NCBI GenBank assembly: GCA_964541455.1
Contig: CAZIPS010000005.1
Coordinates: forward strand, 1 to 59,468
Origin: an uncultured Candidatus Saccharibacteria bacterium
Lineage (GTDB): Bacteria > Patescibacteriota > Minisyncoccia > Phycocordibacterales > JAKFXT01
Direction of reading: 5' to 3'
Length of the DNA stretch: 59,468 bases
Under the pieces are notes generated by a model. That model ran no database searches. It had not been told where the DNA came from and saw only the letters and a list, made by a program, of their open reading frames with translations. This document shows, in pieces, positions 8,135-17,430 of the stretch. The position numbers and the translations under genes are program-made. Position 1 is the first letter of the stretch. Each line of letters starts with the position of its first letter.

Positions 8135-8980
8135 ATGAAAAGGTTTTTGCTCGGAGTCATCTGCTGCCTCTTGGCCATATCGGCAAATGGCGCAGTGGTG
8201 ACATCGCAATTCACGATAGACGTCGTGCCCTGGCTCGCGCCAAACGTCTTTGGCTCCCCCTCATTCGGGGCAGCAGAAGCGAACGCCGTGCAGGGCATTT
8301 ACGCCGGTGCTGCGACCTACGGCCCCGCCGGACCAGAACAGTTCAACAAAACCACGGGTCCTGTTTCAACTGCGGAAGTGGTGGTCACTGGCTTCACAAG
8401 CTGGAGGGGACAAATTGATCCCGGTACCAACTTCGGCACAGCCTATGCCAACGAACTTGGCAACCGCATGACCTTCGGCGTCAGGATCGAAGGACACAAC
8501 GGAGCACAATTCTCAATCGGCCAGATGGCGTTCAGCGCCACAAGTACTGACCCCTTCAACGCGTTGGCTTTCGGCTTCAATGCCGGAGCCTACAACTACG
8601 GCGCAGGCTACATCGGTATCCTCTACGGAACCGACGGAATGTTCGGCGGAGGAGATGACACGTTCATCACCTCAGGACCAAACAACCAGCTAGTTGACGC
8701 CTTGGTCGGGCGTGGTAGCGGCAACAGCTTCGCCGCCTACTGCAGCGGTATCTGCGACCAGATCGATCAACAGGCCGCGCTCGATGCGGTGGCAGCCTAC
8801 CCAGGGACCCCCTTCGAGTTCACCGGAACCTACCGGCTCATGGCGGGGACCCAGGTACTTGCCGTAGGAGAAGGCACATTCGAAATCGGCAACAACGTGC
8901 CAGAGCCCGGAAGTCTTCCCCTCTTCGGCGCTGCCTTCCTCGGCATCGCCGGCTTACGGATCATGAAACGAAAATCATGA
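8135..8980 (+). CDS. Secreted PEP-CTERM sorting-domain protein, high-GC cassette D
   Basis: Start set at MKRFLLGVICCLLAISANGA (signal peptide) with an AAGGAG SD 8 nt upstream. The C-terminus VPEPGSLPLFGAAFLGIAGLRIMKRKS is a canonical PEP motif plus TM helix plus basic tail. Confidence 0.8.
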   Translation: MKRFLLGVICCLLAISANGAVVTSQFTIDVVPWLAPNVFGSPSFGAAEANAVQGIYAGAATYGPAGPEQFNKTTGPVSTAEVVVTGFTSWRGQIDPGTNFGTAYANELGNRMTFGVRIEGHNGAQFSIGQMAFSATSTDPFNALAFGFNAGAYNYGAGYIGILYGTDGMFGGGDDTFITSGPNNQLVDALVGRGSGNSFAAYCSGICDQIDQQAALDAVAAYPGTPFEFTGTYRLMAGTQVLAVGEGTFEIGNNVPEPGSLPLFGAAFLGIAGLRIMKRKS

Positions 8981-8987
8981 TTCGCCC

Positions 8988-9014
8988 CCCCCCGCTTCGG
9001 CGGGGCTTTTGTTT
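8988..9014 (+). terminator. Intrinsic terminator CCCCGC-TTCG-GCGGGG plus CTTTTGTTT
   Basis: Stem 8990-8995 / 9000-9005. Confidence 0.75.
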
Positions 9015-9063
9015 ATACCTCTCACAATACAACCAAAAGATAGTGTTATACTTTCTCTGTAGT

Positions 9064-9624
9064 ATGAAAGAAAGCAGCCGTACAATCCGTGATATTTTTA
9101 AAGAAATTATTTTTATAAGTGTCGGTATCGGCACTTTCCTTTTTCTCGTAAAAGTTGGGGTTGTAGAGCAGTTTATTGCCTATTCAAAAAATCTCGGAGT
9201 TCTTGGCATCTTTGGAGTGGGACTTTTCTTCACCTCGGTTATGACTGCAGGGCCGGCAGCAATTCTTTTAGCGCTTATGACTAGAAGCTTTCCTATCATT
9301 GTCGTTGCTTTTTTTGGTTCGCTTGGCTCTATGGTGGGAGATCTCCTTATATTCCTTTTTATACGCAAAACAGTTGTCCAAAACACCGATGTACTCATCG
9401 GGAAAAAAGCATACCAAAAGCTCTACTCCTATACCCACCTTGGGTTTGTGCGTTGGATGGGAGCGGTAGTTGGAGCGTTTGTTATTATCTCCCCCCTCCC
9501 CGACGAGCTTGCACTTACTATCATGGGGCTCTTCAGAATTCACCCACGCTATATTGTCCTCATTTCTTTTGCAATGAATTTCTTTCTTATCTATGGCTTA
9601 GGCGTTGCTGCGCAAGCCTATTAA
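9064..9624 (+). CDS. Hypothetical multi-TM membrane protein
   Basis: Start moved to the ATG at 9064 (MKESSRTIRD) because the longer ORF runs through the cassette D terminator. Confidence 0.5.
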   Translation: MKESSRTIRDIFKEIIFISVGIGTFLFLVKVGVVEQFIAYSKNLGVLGIFGVGLFFTSVMTAGPAAILLALMTRSFPIIVVAFFGSLGSMVGDLLIFLFIRKTVVQNTDVLIGKKAYQKLYSYTHLGFVRWMGAVVGAFVIISPLPDELALTIMGLFRIHPRYIVLISFAMNFFLIYGLGVAAQAY

Positions 9625-9636
9625 TTCCTTGTTTAC

Positions 9637-10110
9637 CTACGGTGCTGGATTACACACTACCGCATTTGGGTCCGGGTAACGAAGTTTACAAGTATTATTC
9701 CATACCCCCTTATAATAGGGGCTACCTGAACATCCTCCCTCTTGAGAAACTTGTATGCAATATGCACTACCATTTGACGTATAGTAATAGATTTGTTCAG
9801 GGTTAACGCTATTAGTATCCGTCGGGATAATGGGTATATACGTAGGTGCAAGTCCTGTAATCCATGCCCCATTTGCCCCAGATACCCACCCCCCTCCTGT
9901 TGAGGGATATCCACCATTATCATTTCGATAAAGCTCAAGTGCAGTAACCATCTGACGAAGATCTGAAAGACGCTTAGTATCCCTACTCTTAAGTGTTGCC
10001 GTTTTAAGTGAAGACAATAAAATCGAAGAAAGAAGTCCGATAATCGACAGTACTACTAACAGTTCAATGAGTGTAAAGCCGCTCCTTTGTCCAATATATT
10101 TTTTCTGCAT
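9637..10110 (-). CDS. Type IV pilin / pseudopilin with prepilin-type N-terminal cleavage-methylation domain
   Basis: MQKKYIGQRSG|FTLIELLVVLSIIGLLSSILL is a class III signal peptide. The C-terminal domain contains Cys residues. Confidence 0.8.
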   Translation of the reverse strand: MQKKYIGQRSGFTLIELLVVLSIIGLLSSILLSSLKTATLKSRDTKRLSDLRQMVTALELYRNDNGGYPSTGGGWVSGANGAWITGLAPTYIPIIPTDTNSVNPEQIYYYTSNGSAYCIQVSQEGGCSGSPYYKGVWNNTCKLRYPDPNAVVCNPAP

Positions 10111-10111
10111 A

Positions 10112-10411
10112 TTATTTAAGTCCCATTGTTGCATGGATCTTTGCTTCCTCGTCTTTAGAAACTGTCGTTTTCATGGTGGGAGATGAAAATGTAGAAAACA
10201 ATACGATAACCATAAATGCAGAACACAAAAGTGCTACACCCGCTAACAGCTGATAAGCTTGATGGCCATTTTTTACGATACCCACCTTGAGTACCAAGTT
10301 AACAAGCGTAGGGACCTGTTCATCCCCTAAAATTTTCCTCGAAGTGAAGGGGCGACCGTATTCGTCAGTTTCTTGTAATTCAAGTTCTGCCATATCTAAA
10401 TATTTAATCAT
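10112..10411 (-). CDS. Small hypothetical single-TM protein directly upstream of the pilin
   Basis: 99-aa ORF. Its stop codon lies 1 nt before the pilin ATG. Confidence 0.45.
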   Translation of the reverse strand: MIKYLDMAELELQETDEYGRPFTSRKILGDEQVPTLVNLVLKVGIVKNGHQAYQLLAGVALLCSAFMVIVLFSTFSSPTMKTTVSKDEEAKIHATMGLK

Positions 10412-10467
10412 GATATTTTATATTTACAACATATTAGGTGTAGATACTCCATGCTACACTTATCATT

Positions 10468-11373
10468 ATGCAACCCTCAACGACTCCTTTGGCATATAAA
10501 ATTTTTTTCTCTCTCTTCCTAATATGTCTCATTGCTGCTCTTTCTTTTTCAAGTTTTAAATATTACGAAACAAAAAAAGAACTTAATAAAGTAGAGGCTG
10601 AATATGACATAACTAGAAAGGATCTTGGCAATGTGATTAACGAACTACAGGGGCATCTTGCAAGTAGTACGGTTGAAAACCGCGACTTAAACGACCTCCT
10701 TACTATCCTAAAAGCACGTAACCAAGATTTCCAAAACGAGATCGAGGTCAAAGATCAAACTGTTGCCACATTAGTTAAACTTACTACTACTGACCCCGAA
10801 CTGCTGAAGAAGTATTCAAAAGTATATTTCTTAAATGAGAACTACATCCCTGCTACTCTTTCACTCATTGATACAGCGTTTCTCTACCGCAAAAGCACCC
10901 CTCTACAAATTCATACACAAGTGAAACCCTATCTCGAATCACTTTTACGAGATGCAAAAAGTAATAACATAGACCTATTGGTGCTTTCTGGTTATCGGTC
11001 ATTTGCTACTCAAAAAGCAATACGTGATAAATACACAGTCATCTATGGTGCCAATACCACCAACACCTTTTCGGCGGACCAAGGATATTCGGAACATCAG
11101 CTAGGCACTACTGTTGATTTCACCACTAACAAAGGTGGGGCAACCCTTGATGGCTTCGATAAACAACCGGCGTACCCATGGCTCAATGAAAATGCTTACA
11201 AATACGGCTTTATTATTTCTTACCCGGCGAACAATAAATACTACATTTTTGAACCATGGCACTGGCGTTTCGTGGGAGTTGCCCTTGCCACCTATCTCCA
11301 TGCCCAACATATGTATTTCTACGACATGCCGGAGCGCGATATTGATACTTACTTAATAAAAATATTCGATTAG
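10468..11373 (+). CDS. Membrane-anchored D-alanyl-D-alanine carboxypeptidase, peptidase M15 (VanY) family
   Basis: SGYRSFATQ, SEHQLGTTVD and EPWHWRF are the zinc-ligand and catalytic motifs of VanY/M15B. Confidence 0.8.
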   Translation: MQPSTTPLAYKIFFSLFLICLIAALSFSSFKYYETKKELNKVEAEYDITRKDLGNVINELQGHLASSTVENRDLNDLLTILKARNQDFQNEIEVKDQTVATLVKLTTTDPELLKKYSKVYFLNENYIPATLSLIDTAFLYRKSTPLQIHTQVKPYLESLLRDAKSNNIDLLVLSGYRSFATQKAIRDKYTVIYGANTTNTFSADQGYSEHQLGTTVDFTTNKGGATLDGFDKQPAYPWLNENAYKYGFIISYPANNKYYIFEPWHWRFVGVALATYLHAQHMYFYDMPERDIDTYLIKIFD

Positions 11374-11400
11374 TTACACTTTGTTATACAAAGTCTCTCT

Positions 11401-11799
11401 TTACTCCCCGTCACTTTCTTTAAGATCAAGGCATACAGAATTCATACAAAAACGCTTCCCACTTTTAGTTGGTCCATCCATAAACACGTGTCCCAAATGA
11501 GACCCACACCGAGCACACACAACTTCTGTTCTTCTCATACCATGGCTCGTATCCTCAAGCAGGGTAACTGCCCCAGGAAGTGCTTCATCAAAACTTGGCC
11601 AACCAGTCCCTGAATCAAATTTAGTGGTTGAAGCAAAAAGAGGGTTCCCACAACCAGCGCAATTATACGTTCCGTTTTTGTGTTCGTGCACATACTGACC
11701 GGTAAAAGGAGCTTCTGTCCCCCCTCCACGAAGCACATCGTATGCTTCTTTCCCTAATTTCTCCTTCCAAGCCTCTTCTGTTTTTGGGATATCATCCAT
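11401..11799 (-). CDS. msrB: Peptide-methionine (R)-S-oxide reductase
   Basis: Two CxxC pairs (CAGCGNPLF, CARCGSHLGHVF) and the GWPSF motif. Confidence 0.9.
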   Translation of the reverse strand: MDDIPKTEEAWKEKLGKEAYDVLRGGGTEAPFTGQYVHEHKNGTYNCAGCGNPLFASTTKFDSGTGWPSFDEALPGAVTLLEDTSHGMRRTEVVCARCGSHLGHVFMDGPTKSGKRFCMNSVCLDLKESDGE

Positions 11800-11865
11800 A
11801 TAAAAGTATTATACCTCGCTTTTTCCCCAGCAAAACAGTCAAAAACACTGCTATACTGAAATGAT

Positions 11866-13518
11866 ATGGCACTATCAAAAGAACTCATTGAGGAACTTCG
11901 CTCCCTCATTAAAGGGGACGTTTCAACTACCCCAAAAGATATAGACACCTATAGTCACGACACAAGCCTTTTTAAAATTACGCCAAGTGCGGTTGTCTTC
12001 CCCAAGACAGCCTCTGACGTCGCAAACATCGTAAAGTTTGTCGCAGAGAAAAAAGCTGAGGGAATAGATATAAGTGTTACGGGGCGTTCAGCGGGCACTG
12101 ATATGACCGGTGGCCCCCTTACTGAATCGATTGTCCTTGTATTCACCAAGTACATGAACCACTTCCTCGGTATTGAAGCATCATCTGCTTCGGCCGAGCC
12201 TGGAATGCTATATCGAGATTTTGAAAAAGAAACACTCAAAAAAGACTTGTTGCTTCCAAGCTACCCCGCATCAAGAGAACTCTGTGCTATGGGAGGTATC
12301 GTTGCCAACAATTCAGGAGGCGAAAAAACACTTACCTACGGAAAAACCGAGGATTATGTGGAGAAACTAGAGGTAGTACTTTCTGATGGCAACATGTATA
12401 CCATACGTCCCCTTACCATGTCTCAATTAGCCGAAAAAGAATCGCTCGCTACTTTTGAGGGAAACATCTACCGCAGTCTCCATACTCTTATAGAAAAAAA
12501 TTACGATCTTTTGCAAGCTGCCAAACCAAAAGTAAGTAAAAATTCGGCTGGATATATGCTCTGGAACGTTATGAATAAAGAAAAGGGAGTATTTGACCTC
12601 ACTCGACTCTTTGTTGGTTCACAGGGTACACTCGGCATACATACTGCAGCAACATTCCGACTAGTAAAACCAAAAACACACTCGCGTCTTCTTGTTATGT
12701 TTTTGAAAAAAACTGACATACTTCCTGACCTCATCAATCACGTGTTGCAATTTAAACCAGAAAGTTTCGAATCCTACGATGATCATACATTCAAAATTGC
12801 CCTTAAAATGTTTCCTCAAATTGTAAAACGTCTAGGCGGAAGTATGATTACTCTTGGCCTACAATTCCTTCCAGAATTTTGGGCGATTCTTACAGGAGGG
12901 ATTCCAAAGCTAGTTATGCTTGCCGAGTTTACTGCAGATTCTGATGAAGAAGCCTACAAAAAAGCCGAGGAAGCTCAAAAGAGTGTTCTTTCTTTTAACA
13001 TTAAAACGCTTATTACCTCAACCGATACTGAAGCAGAAAAGTACTGGGTAGTAAGACGTGAGAGTTTTAATCTTCTTCGTCAGCGGGTAAAAAATTTGCG
13101 CACTGCCTGCTTTATCGATGACCTCATCGTAAAGCCTATAGATCTTCCTCAATTTATTCCTGAACTCTATGCGCTCCTTGATAGTTATAACCTCACCTAC
13201 ACCATCGCGGGGCACATGGGTGATGCAAATTTCCACATCATTCCGCTTATGGACCTCACCAAGGAAAGCACCAAAACACTCATTTACGAAGTAACTGAAA
13301 AAGTGTACTCAATGATTGCTAAGTATCATGGCTCAATCACCGCTGAACACAATGACGGACTCATGCGAACCCCATATCTACCAACCATGTTTGGTAGCGA
13401 GGTATACCACCTCTTTGAAGAAGTTAAAAATATTTTTGACCCACAAAACATTTTCAACCCTGGGAAAAAAGTGTTTGGTTCGCTTCAGTTCGCTAAAGAT
13501 CACGTCGATATTTCCTAG
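11866..13518 (+). CDS. FAD-binding oxidoreductase (GlcD/FAD_binding_4 family)
   Basis: 550 aa. PCMH-type FAD-binding region (VTGRSAGTDMTGG; GGIVANNSGGEKTLTYG) plus a C-terminal FAD-oxidase domain. Confidence 0.75.
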   Translation: MALSKELIEELRSLIKGDVSTTPKDIDTYSHDTSLFKITPSAVVFPKTASDVANIVKFVAEKKAEGIDISVTGRSAGTDMTGGPLTESIVLVFTKYMNHFLGIEASSASAEPGMLYRDFEKETLKKDLLLPSYPASRELCAMGGIVANNSGGEKTLTYGKTEDYVEKLEVVLSDGNMYTIRPLTMSQLAEKESLATFEGNIYRSLHTLIEKNYDLLQAAKPKVSKNSAGYMLWNVMNKEKGVFDLTRLFVGSQGTLGIHTAATFRLVKPKTHSRLLVMFLKKTDILPDLINHVLQFKPESFESYDDHTFKIALKMFPQIVKRLGGSMITLGLQFLPEFWAILTGGIPKLVMLAEFTADSDEEAYKKAEEAQKSVLSFNIKTLITSTDTEAEKYWVVRRESFNLLRQRVKNLRTACFIDDLIVKPIDLPQFIPELYALLDSYNLTYTIAGHMGDANFHIIPLMDLTKESTKTLIYEVTEKVYSMIAKYHGSITAEHNDGLMRTPYLPTMFGSEVYHLFEEVKNIFDPQNIFNPGKKVFGSLQFAKDHVDIS

Positions 13519-13550
13519 TTAAGCTTGAGCAGAGAGGCAACTGTTTCCTT

Positions 13551-15416
13551 ATGAAAGAAATGCCCATTGATAAAAAAAGAATACTTGATGCTGTACTTAC
13601 GTTTGTAAGCTTTTTAGGGATTCTTGTATACTACATCGCCTCTCGTGGCATGTTGCCTGCCTCATACAACACTTTTATTAACTATGGTGTCATCGTAATT
13701 ATTATCCTTGGAGCAACCCCTCTTTTATACAACATAATAAAAAACCTCATTGCACGTACTTTTGCTGTTGATATTATTGCCCTTTTTGCGCTCATTACTA
13801 CCCTTCTCATCCATGAATGGATGGCGTCTCTCGTCATTCTTCTTATGATTTCAGGAGGAGCATACCTTGAAGATTATGCTGCAGGGAAAGCAAGAGACGC
13901 TCTTAAAAAACTTCTAAACGCCACCCCAAGACGCGCCCATGTTGTTAAGGATGGCATTGTAACTGATGTACTTATACATGAGGTGGTGCGCGGTATGGAA
14001 CTACTTGTAAAGCCACACGAAATAATCCCACTTGATGGTATCGTAACTTACGGAACCTCAACGGTAAATGAATCCGTGCTTACCGGAGAACCTCTCCCAA
14101 GGGCAGTGTCCCTCCATGATCATGTATATGGAGGAACATTAAACGAAAGTGGGTTACTTAAAATACATGCTATTACTGATTTTGCGCACAGCCGTTTTGC
14201 TCAAATTATAGAACTTGTAAAAAAGGCCGAGGAAGAAAAAGCGCCACTCGTACGTATGGCTGATCGATATAGTGTAGGATTCACCCTTTTTACCCTTGGT
14301 ATGTCAGGAATTGCTTACACCATTGATCCTAAACTTGTTGCTGCTGTCCTTGTAGTTGCCACCCCCTGCCCACTTCTTCTTGCAGCACCGATTGCTTTTA
14401 TTGCCGGCATGAGTCGAAGTGCCAAAGAAGGAATAATCGTAAAACATGGTGGTGTATTTGAAATTCTTACGAAGGTTTCGGCTTTCTTTTTTGACAAAAC
14501 TGGAACTATTACAGAAGGCGCTCCCCACGTTGAAGATGTATTCGTTGAGAAAAAGGGGTTATTGAAAAAAGATATTGCAACCATTGCTGCTTCGCTTGAG
14601 CAATTTTCAACTCATATCTTAGCGACAAGCATGCTTTCCTATGCCAAGAAAGAAAATCTTGCGCTCCTCAACACCCTTCACAGTGAAGAAATTTTAGGAA
14701 AAGGGATTAAGGGAACAATTGATCAAAAACACTATATGCTTGGCACACTTTCCTACCTAGAATCACAGGGGGTGCATATTTCAACACGCGCCCACTCACT
14801 TGATAACATTATCCATGAAAAAGGGAGCACTGCCGTACATCTTGCAGAGGGTACTACGCTACTTGGCACTGTGAGTTTTGGAGACAATCTCCGCAAGGGT
14901 ATTAAGGAAATGCTTATGACCATAAAACACCTTAATCACAATAGCTTCTTTATACTTGCAACTGGCGATAATGAGGCGCGCGCCAAGGAAATTACTAAAA
15001 ATATGCCTTTTACTGAAATTAAGGCCGAATGCCTCCCAGAAGATAAGGTCACCCTTATTAAAAAATATATGAAAGAGGGCCGCGTTACTGCCATGGTGGG
15101 TGATGGAGTAAATGATAGCCCCGCGCTTAAATCAGCAAGCGTCGGTATTGCGCTTCAGATACATGGAGAGACTGCCTCAACTGATGCCGCTGACGCAGTC
15201 ATAAACAGTGACGATATAAAGAAACTCCCTACCCTTCTTTCTATTAGCCATCGCACCGTTACTATCGCCAAAGAATCCATGCTCGTAGGTATAGGGTTAA
15301 GCGTAGCGCTTATGATACTGGCGCTTACAGGAAATGTCCCTCCCCTTTACGGAGCAATACTCCAAGAAACCATTGACGTCGTAGTGATTTTTAACGCCCT
15401 GCGCGCGCTTGTGTAA
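13551..15416 (+). CDS. P1B-type (heavy-metal) P-type ATPase
   Basis: DKTGTIT phosphorylation site and GDGVNDSPAL hinge. TM6 reads ATPCPLL (TPC instead of CPC). No N-terminal HMA domain is visible. Confidence 0.8.
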   Translation: MKEMPIDKKRILDAVLTFVSFLGILVYYIASRGMLPASYNTFINYGVIVIIILGATPLLYNIIKNLIARTFAVDIIALFALITTLLIHEWMASLVILLMISGGAYLEDYAAGKARDALKKLLNATPRRAHVVKDGIVTDVLIHEVVRGMELLVKPHEIIPLDGIVTYGTSTVNESVLTGEPLPRAVSLHDHVYGGTLNESGLLKIHAITDFAHSRFAQIIELVKKAEEEKAPLVRMADRYSVGFTLFTLGMSGIAYTIDPKLVAAVLVVATPCPLLLAAPIAFIAGMSRSAKEGIIVKHGGVFEILTKVSAFFFDKTGTITEGAPHVEDVFVEKKGLLKKDIATIAASLEQFSTHILATSMLSYAKKENLALLNTLHSEEILGKGIKGTIDQKHYMLGTLSYLESQGVHISTRAHSLDNIIHEKGSTAVHLAEGTTLLGTVSFGDNLRKGIKEMLMTIKHLNHNSFFILATGDNEARAKEITKNMPFTEIKAECLPEDKVTLIKKYMKEGRVTAMVGDGVNDSPALKSASVGIALQIHGETASTDAADAVINSDDIKKLPTLLSISHRTVTIAKESMLVGIGLSVALMILALTGNVPPLYGAILQETIDVVVIFNALRALV

Positions 15417-15424
15417 AACACCAA

Positions 15425-15913
15425 CTATTTGACAGCTACTCCTTTACACTTACCGCATTTACATCCATACGGCTTAATAAACTCATCAACATACTCCTTC
15501 CCATAATCGTAAGAGAGCTCCTCACCTACTGGGATAGCACGCTTTGCAAAAATAAGTACTCGATTCTTTTTTATCTCAACTTCGCAATTAGGCTTACAGG
15601 AGTGGTTGATATAACGAGCAGTATTACTACGTGTTGCCCCATCAATCGTCCATTTACTATTTACCTCAAAAAGATATTTCCCAAGATGGTTTTCTGCTTC
15701 CTTAGTCGTAAGTATCTTACCCACATACTCAATAACAAAATCACCTCGTGCTATAGGCTCCTTAGCAAAAAGGCCAAGCCCCGCGTACGAGCGCCCCACT
15801 TTTACCCCCGCTGGCATCAATTTTTTAAAATCAACCTTAAAGGTTTTTTTGGCTTTCTTTTTCACTCCCTCTTTAGAAACAGCTTTTTTCTCCCCCTTCT
15901 TAGTCTTCGGCAT
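15425..15913 (-). CDS. SET-domain protein (putative protein-lysine methyltransferase) with a Lys-rich N-terminal tail
   Basis: RYINHSCKPNC, ELSYDYG and a post-SET-like CKCGKCKG. N-terminus MPKTKKGEKKAVSKEGVKKKAKK. Confidence 0.85.
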   Translation of the reverse strand: MPKTKKGEKKAVSKEGVKKKAKKTFKVDFKKLMPAGVKVGRSYAGLGLFAKEPIARGDFVIEYVGKILTTKEAENHLGKYLFEVNSKWTIDGATRSNTARYINHSCKPNCEVEIKKNRVLIFAKRAIPVGEELSYDYGKEYVDEFIKPYGCKCGKCKGVAVK

Positions 15914-15975
15914 AATTAGCTACGTGTTAGAATTAACAAGAGCATGGGTCGCATGCTCGCGGCTTATTGTAACAA

Positions 15976-17427
15976 GTGAAAACGCTCTCTACAAGAAATA
16001 TGAACTATTCTAAAAGTATATTAATAGGGATCACCTTTTTGGGGGTATTCCTTGCACAAAATGCCTTTGCCCAAGTAACCCCAACTGTTACTACCCTTAC
16101 CACTTCAGCAACACAAATAGCGAGCGGGAGTTCAATTGGCGTTTCGTGGGACATTGCTAATGCTTCAGGATATACCCTCACGGTTACTTGTGGCGCAGGA
16201 GTAACTTTAAAAAAGACTGATAATACGGACCTTGCTTGTAACACCCCTGTCACCAATACCACAGTAAGCACTGATGCTATCGATCTCCTTGCGTATAACA
16301 CGTACGGATCGAGTCAAAACATTACCTTCACCATCACCCCACTTGATAATACAGGCGTTGCAGTACCCACACAGACTCAAAACAAATCAGTGGTACTTAT
16401 GACAGAACCAAACCCCATTAATACCCTAACAAGTTCTGCAACAACAAGTAGTATTTCGTCCTTCGTCCCAATTACCGTCACTTGGGAAGGCAAAACTGGG
16501 CTAAGGGCCACTAATGTTAAAATAGATTGCCAAGACGGCCTTACTGCAACCTCGAGTAGTTATCAAAATGGTGGTACTCCGCTCCCTTGCGTAACCCCAC
16601 TATTTTCAACAGACCAAAGTGGGTCAGGATCTTTTACTTTTTCTGTACAAAACACCTCTGGATCAGATAAAACGCTTACCATAACCATCCTTCCTGGGAC
16701 AGGGACTGGCATATACGATGGTATTCATACTCGCACTCTCCCCATTGTTATCAAGCCTATCCTCCAATTACCTACCCCTACGCTTTCATTCAACAGCTTA
16801 AAAAATCCCATTAATTCCGGCGAAAGCACTCTCATCACATGGAGCGTGACTGATGCTATAGGATTTAATATGAATGTTTCGTGTCCCGCGCAAGTAAGCA
16901 TCATTATGACAAGCGGAAACGCTACCTCAACCCTTCCCTGTACTTCGCTAGCCCTTGCCTCTTCTTCCATTCCAACAAATTCCGTATATCTTCAACTTTA
17001 TAACGGAACAGGAGCCTCTGTCCCAGTAACACTCACGGGACTCCCTCTTTTAAGCAACAATACCTATGATGGACTCCATAGCAAAACATTAAATCTTGTA
17101 CTTAATCCGACCACCACAGTAGCAAATTTGTTAAATACCACAAACTCTGTAACCTCAACCACAGCCTCAAAAAAGACCGTGACCCTCCTTACTAAACAAC
17201 TTATAAAAGGCTCTCAAAATGCTGAAGTAAAAATCCTCCAAACGTATCTAAGTACTGATAAGACACTCTACCCTGAAGCCTCAGTTACAGGCCTTTTTGG
17301 TCCCGCTACTGAAAGAGCAGTACAACGTTTCCAAGTAAAATATGGCTTGGCGAAGAAGGGGGTTGTGGGCTACGGACAAGTGGGACCAAAAACAAGAGCA
17401 AAGTTAAACGAACTTCTTCTAAAGTAA
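15976..17427 (+). CDS. Secreted protein with three tandem Cys-pair Ig-like modules and a C-terminal peptidoglycan-binding domain
   Basis: Signal peptide present (GTG at 15976, or ATG at 16000). Repeated TxxC...C modules. The C-terminal ...VKILQTYL...GLFGPATERAVQRFQVKYGL... matches PG_binding_1. Confidence 0.65.
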   Translation: MKTLSTRNMNYSKSILIGITFLGVFLAQNAFAQVTPTVTTLTTSATQIASGSSIGVSWDIANASGYTLTVTCGAGVTLKKTDNTDLACNTPVTNTTVSTDAIDLLAYNTYGSSQNITFTITPLDNTGVAVPTQTQNKSVVLMTEPNPINTLTSSATTSSISSFVPITVTWEGKTGLRATNVKIDCQDGLTATSSSYQNGGTPLPCVTPLFSTDQSGSGSFTFSVQNTSGSDKTLTITILPGTGTGIYDGIHTRTLPIVIKPILQLPTPTLSFNSLKNPINSGESTLITWSVTDAIGFNMNVSCPAQVSIIMTSGNATSTLPCTSLALASSSIPTNSVYLQLYNGTGASVPVTLTGLPLLSNNTYDGLHSKTLNLVLNPTTTVANLLNTTNSVTSTTASKKTVTLLTKQLIKGSQNAEVKILQTYLSTDKTLYPEASVTGLFGPATERAVQRFQVKYGLAKKGVVGYGQVGPKTRAKLNELLLK

Positions 17428-17430
17428 TTC

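Noticed and set aside
8977-9063. Longer start for the membrane-protein ORF 8977-9624
   Set aside because: The extension reads through the cassette D terminator hairpin (MIRPPPLRRGF is the translated hairpin). ATG 9064 is preferred.
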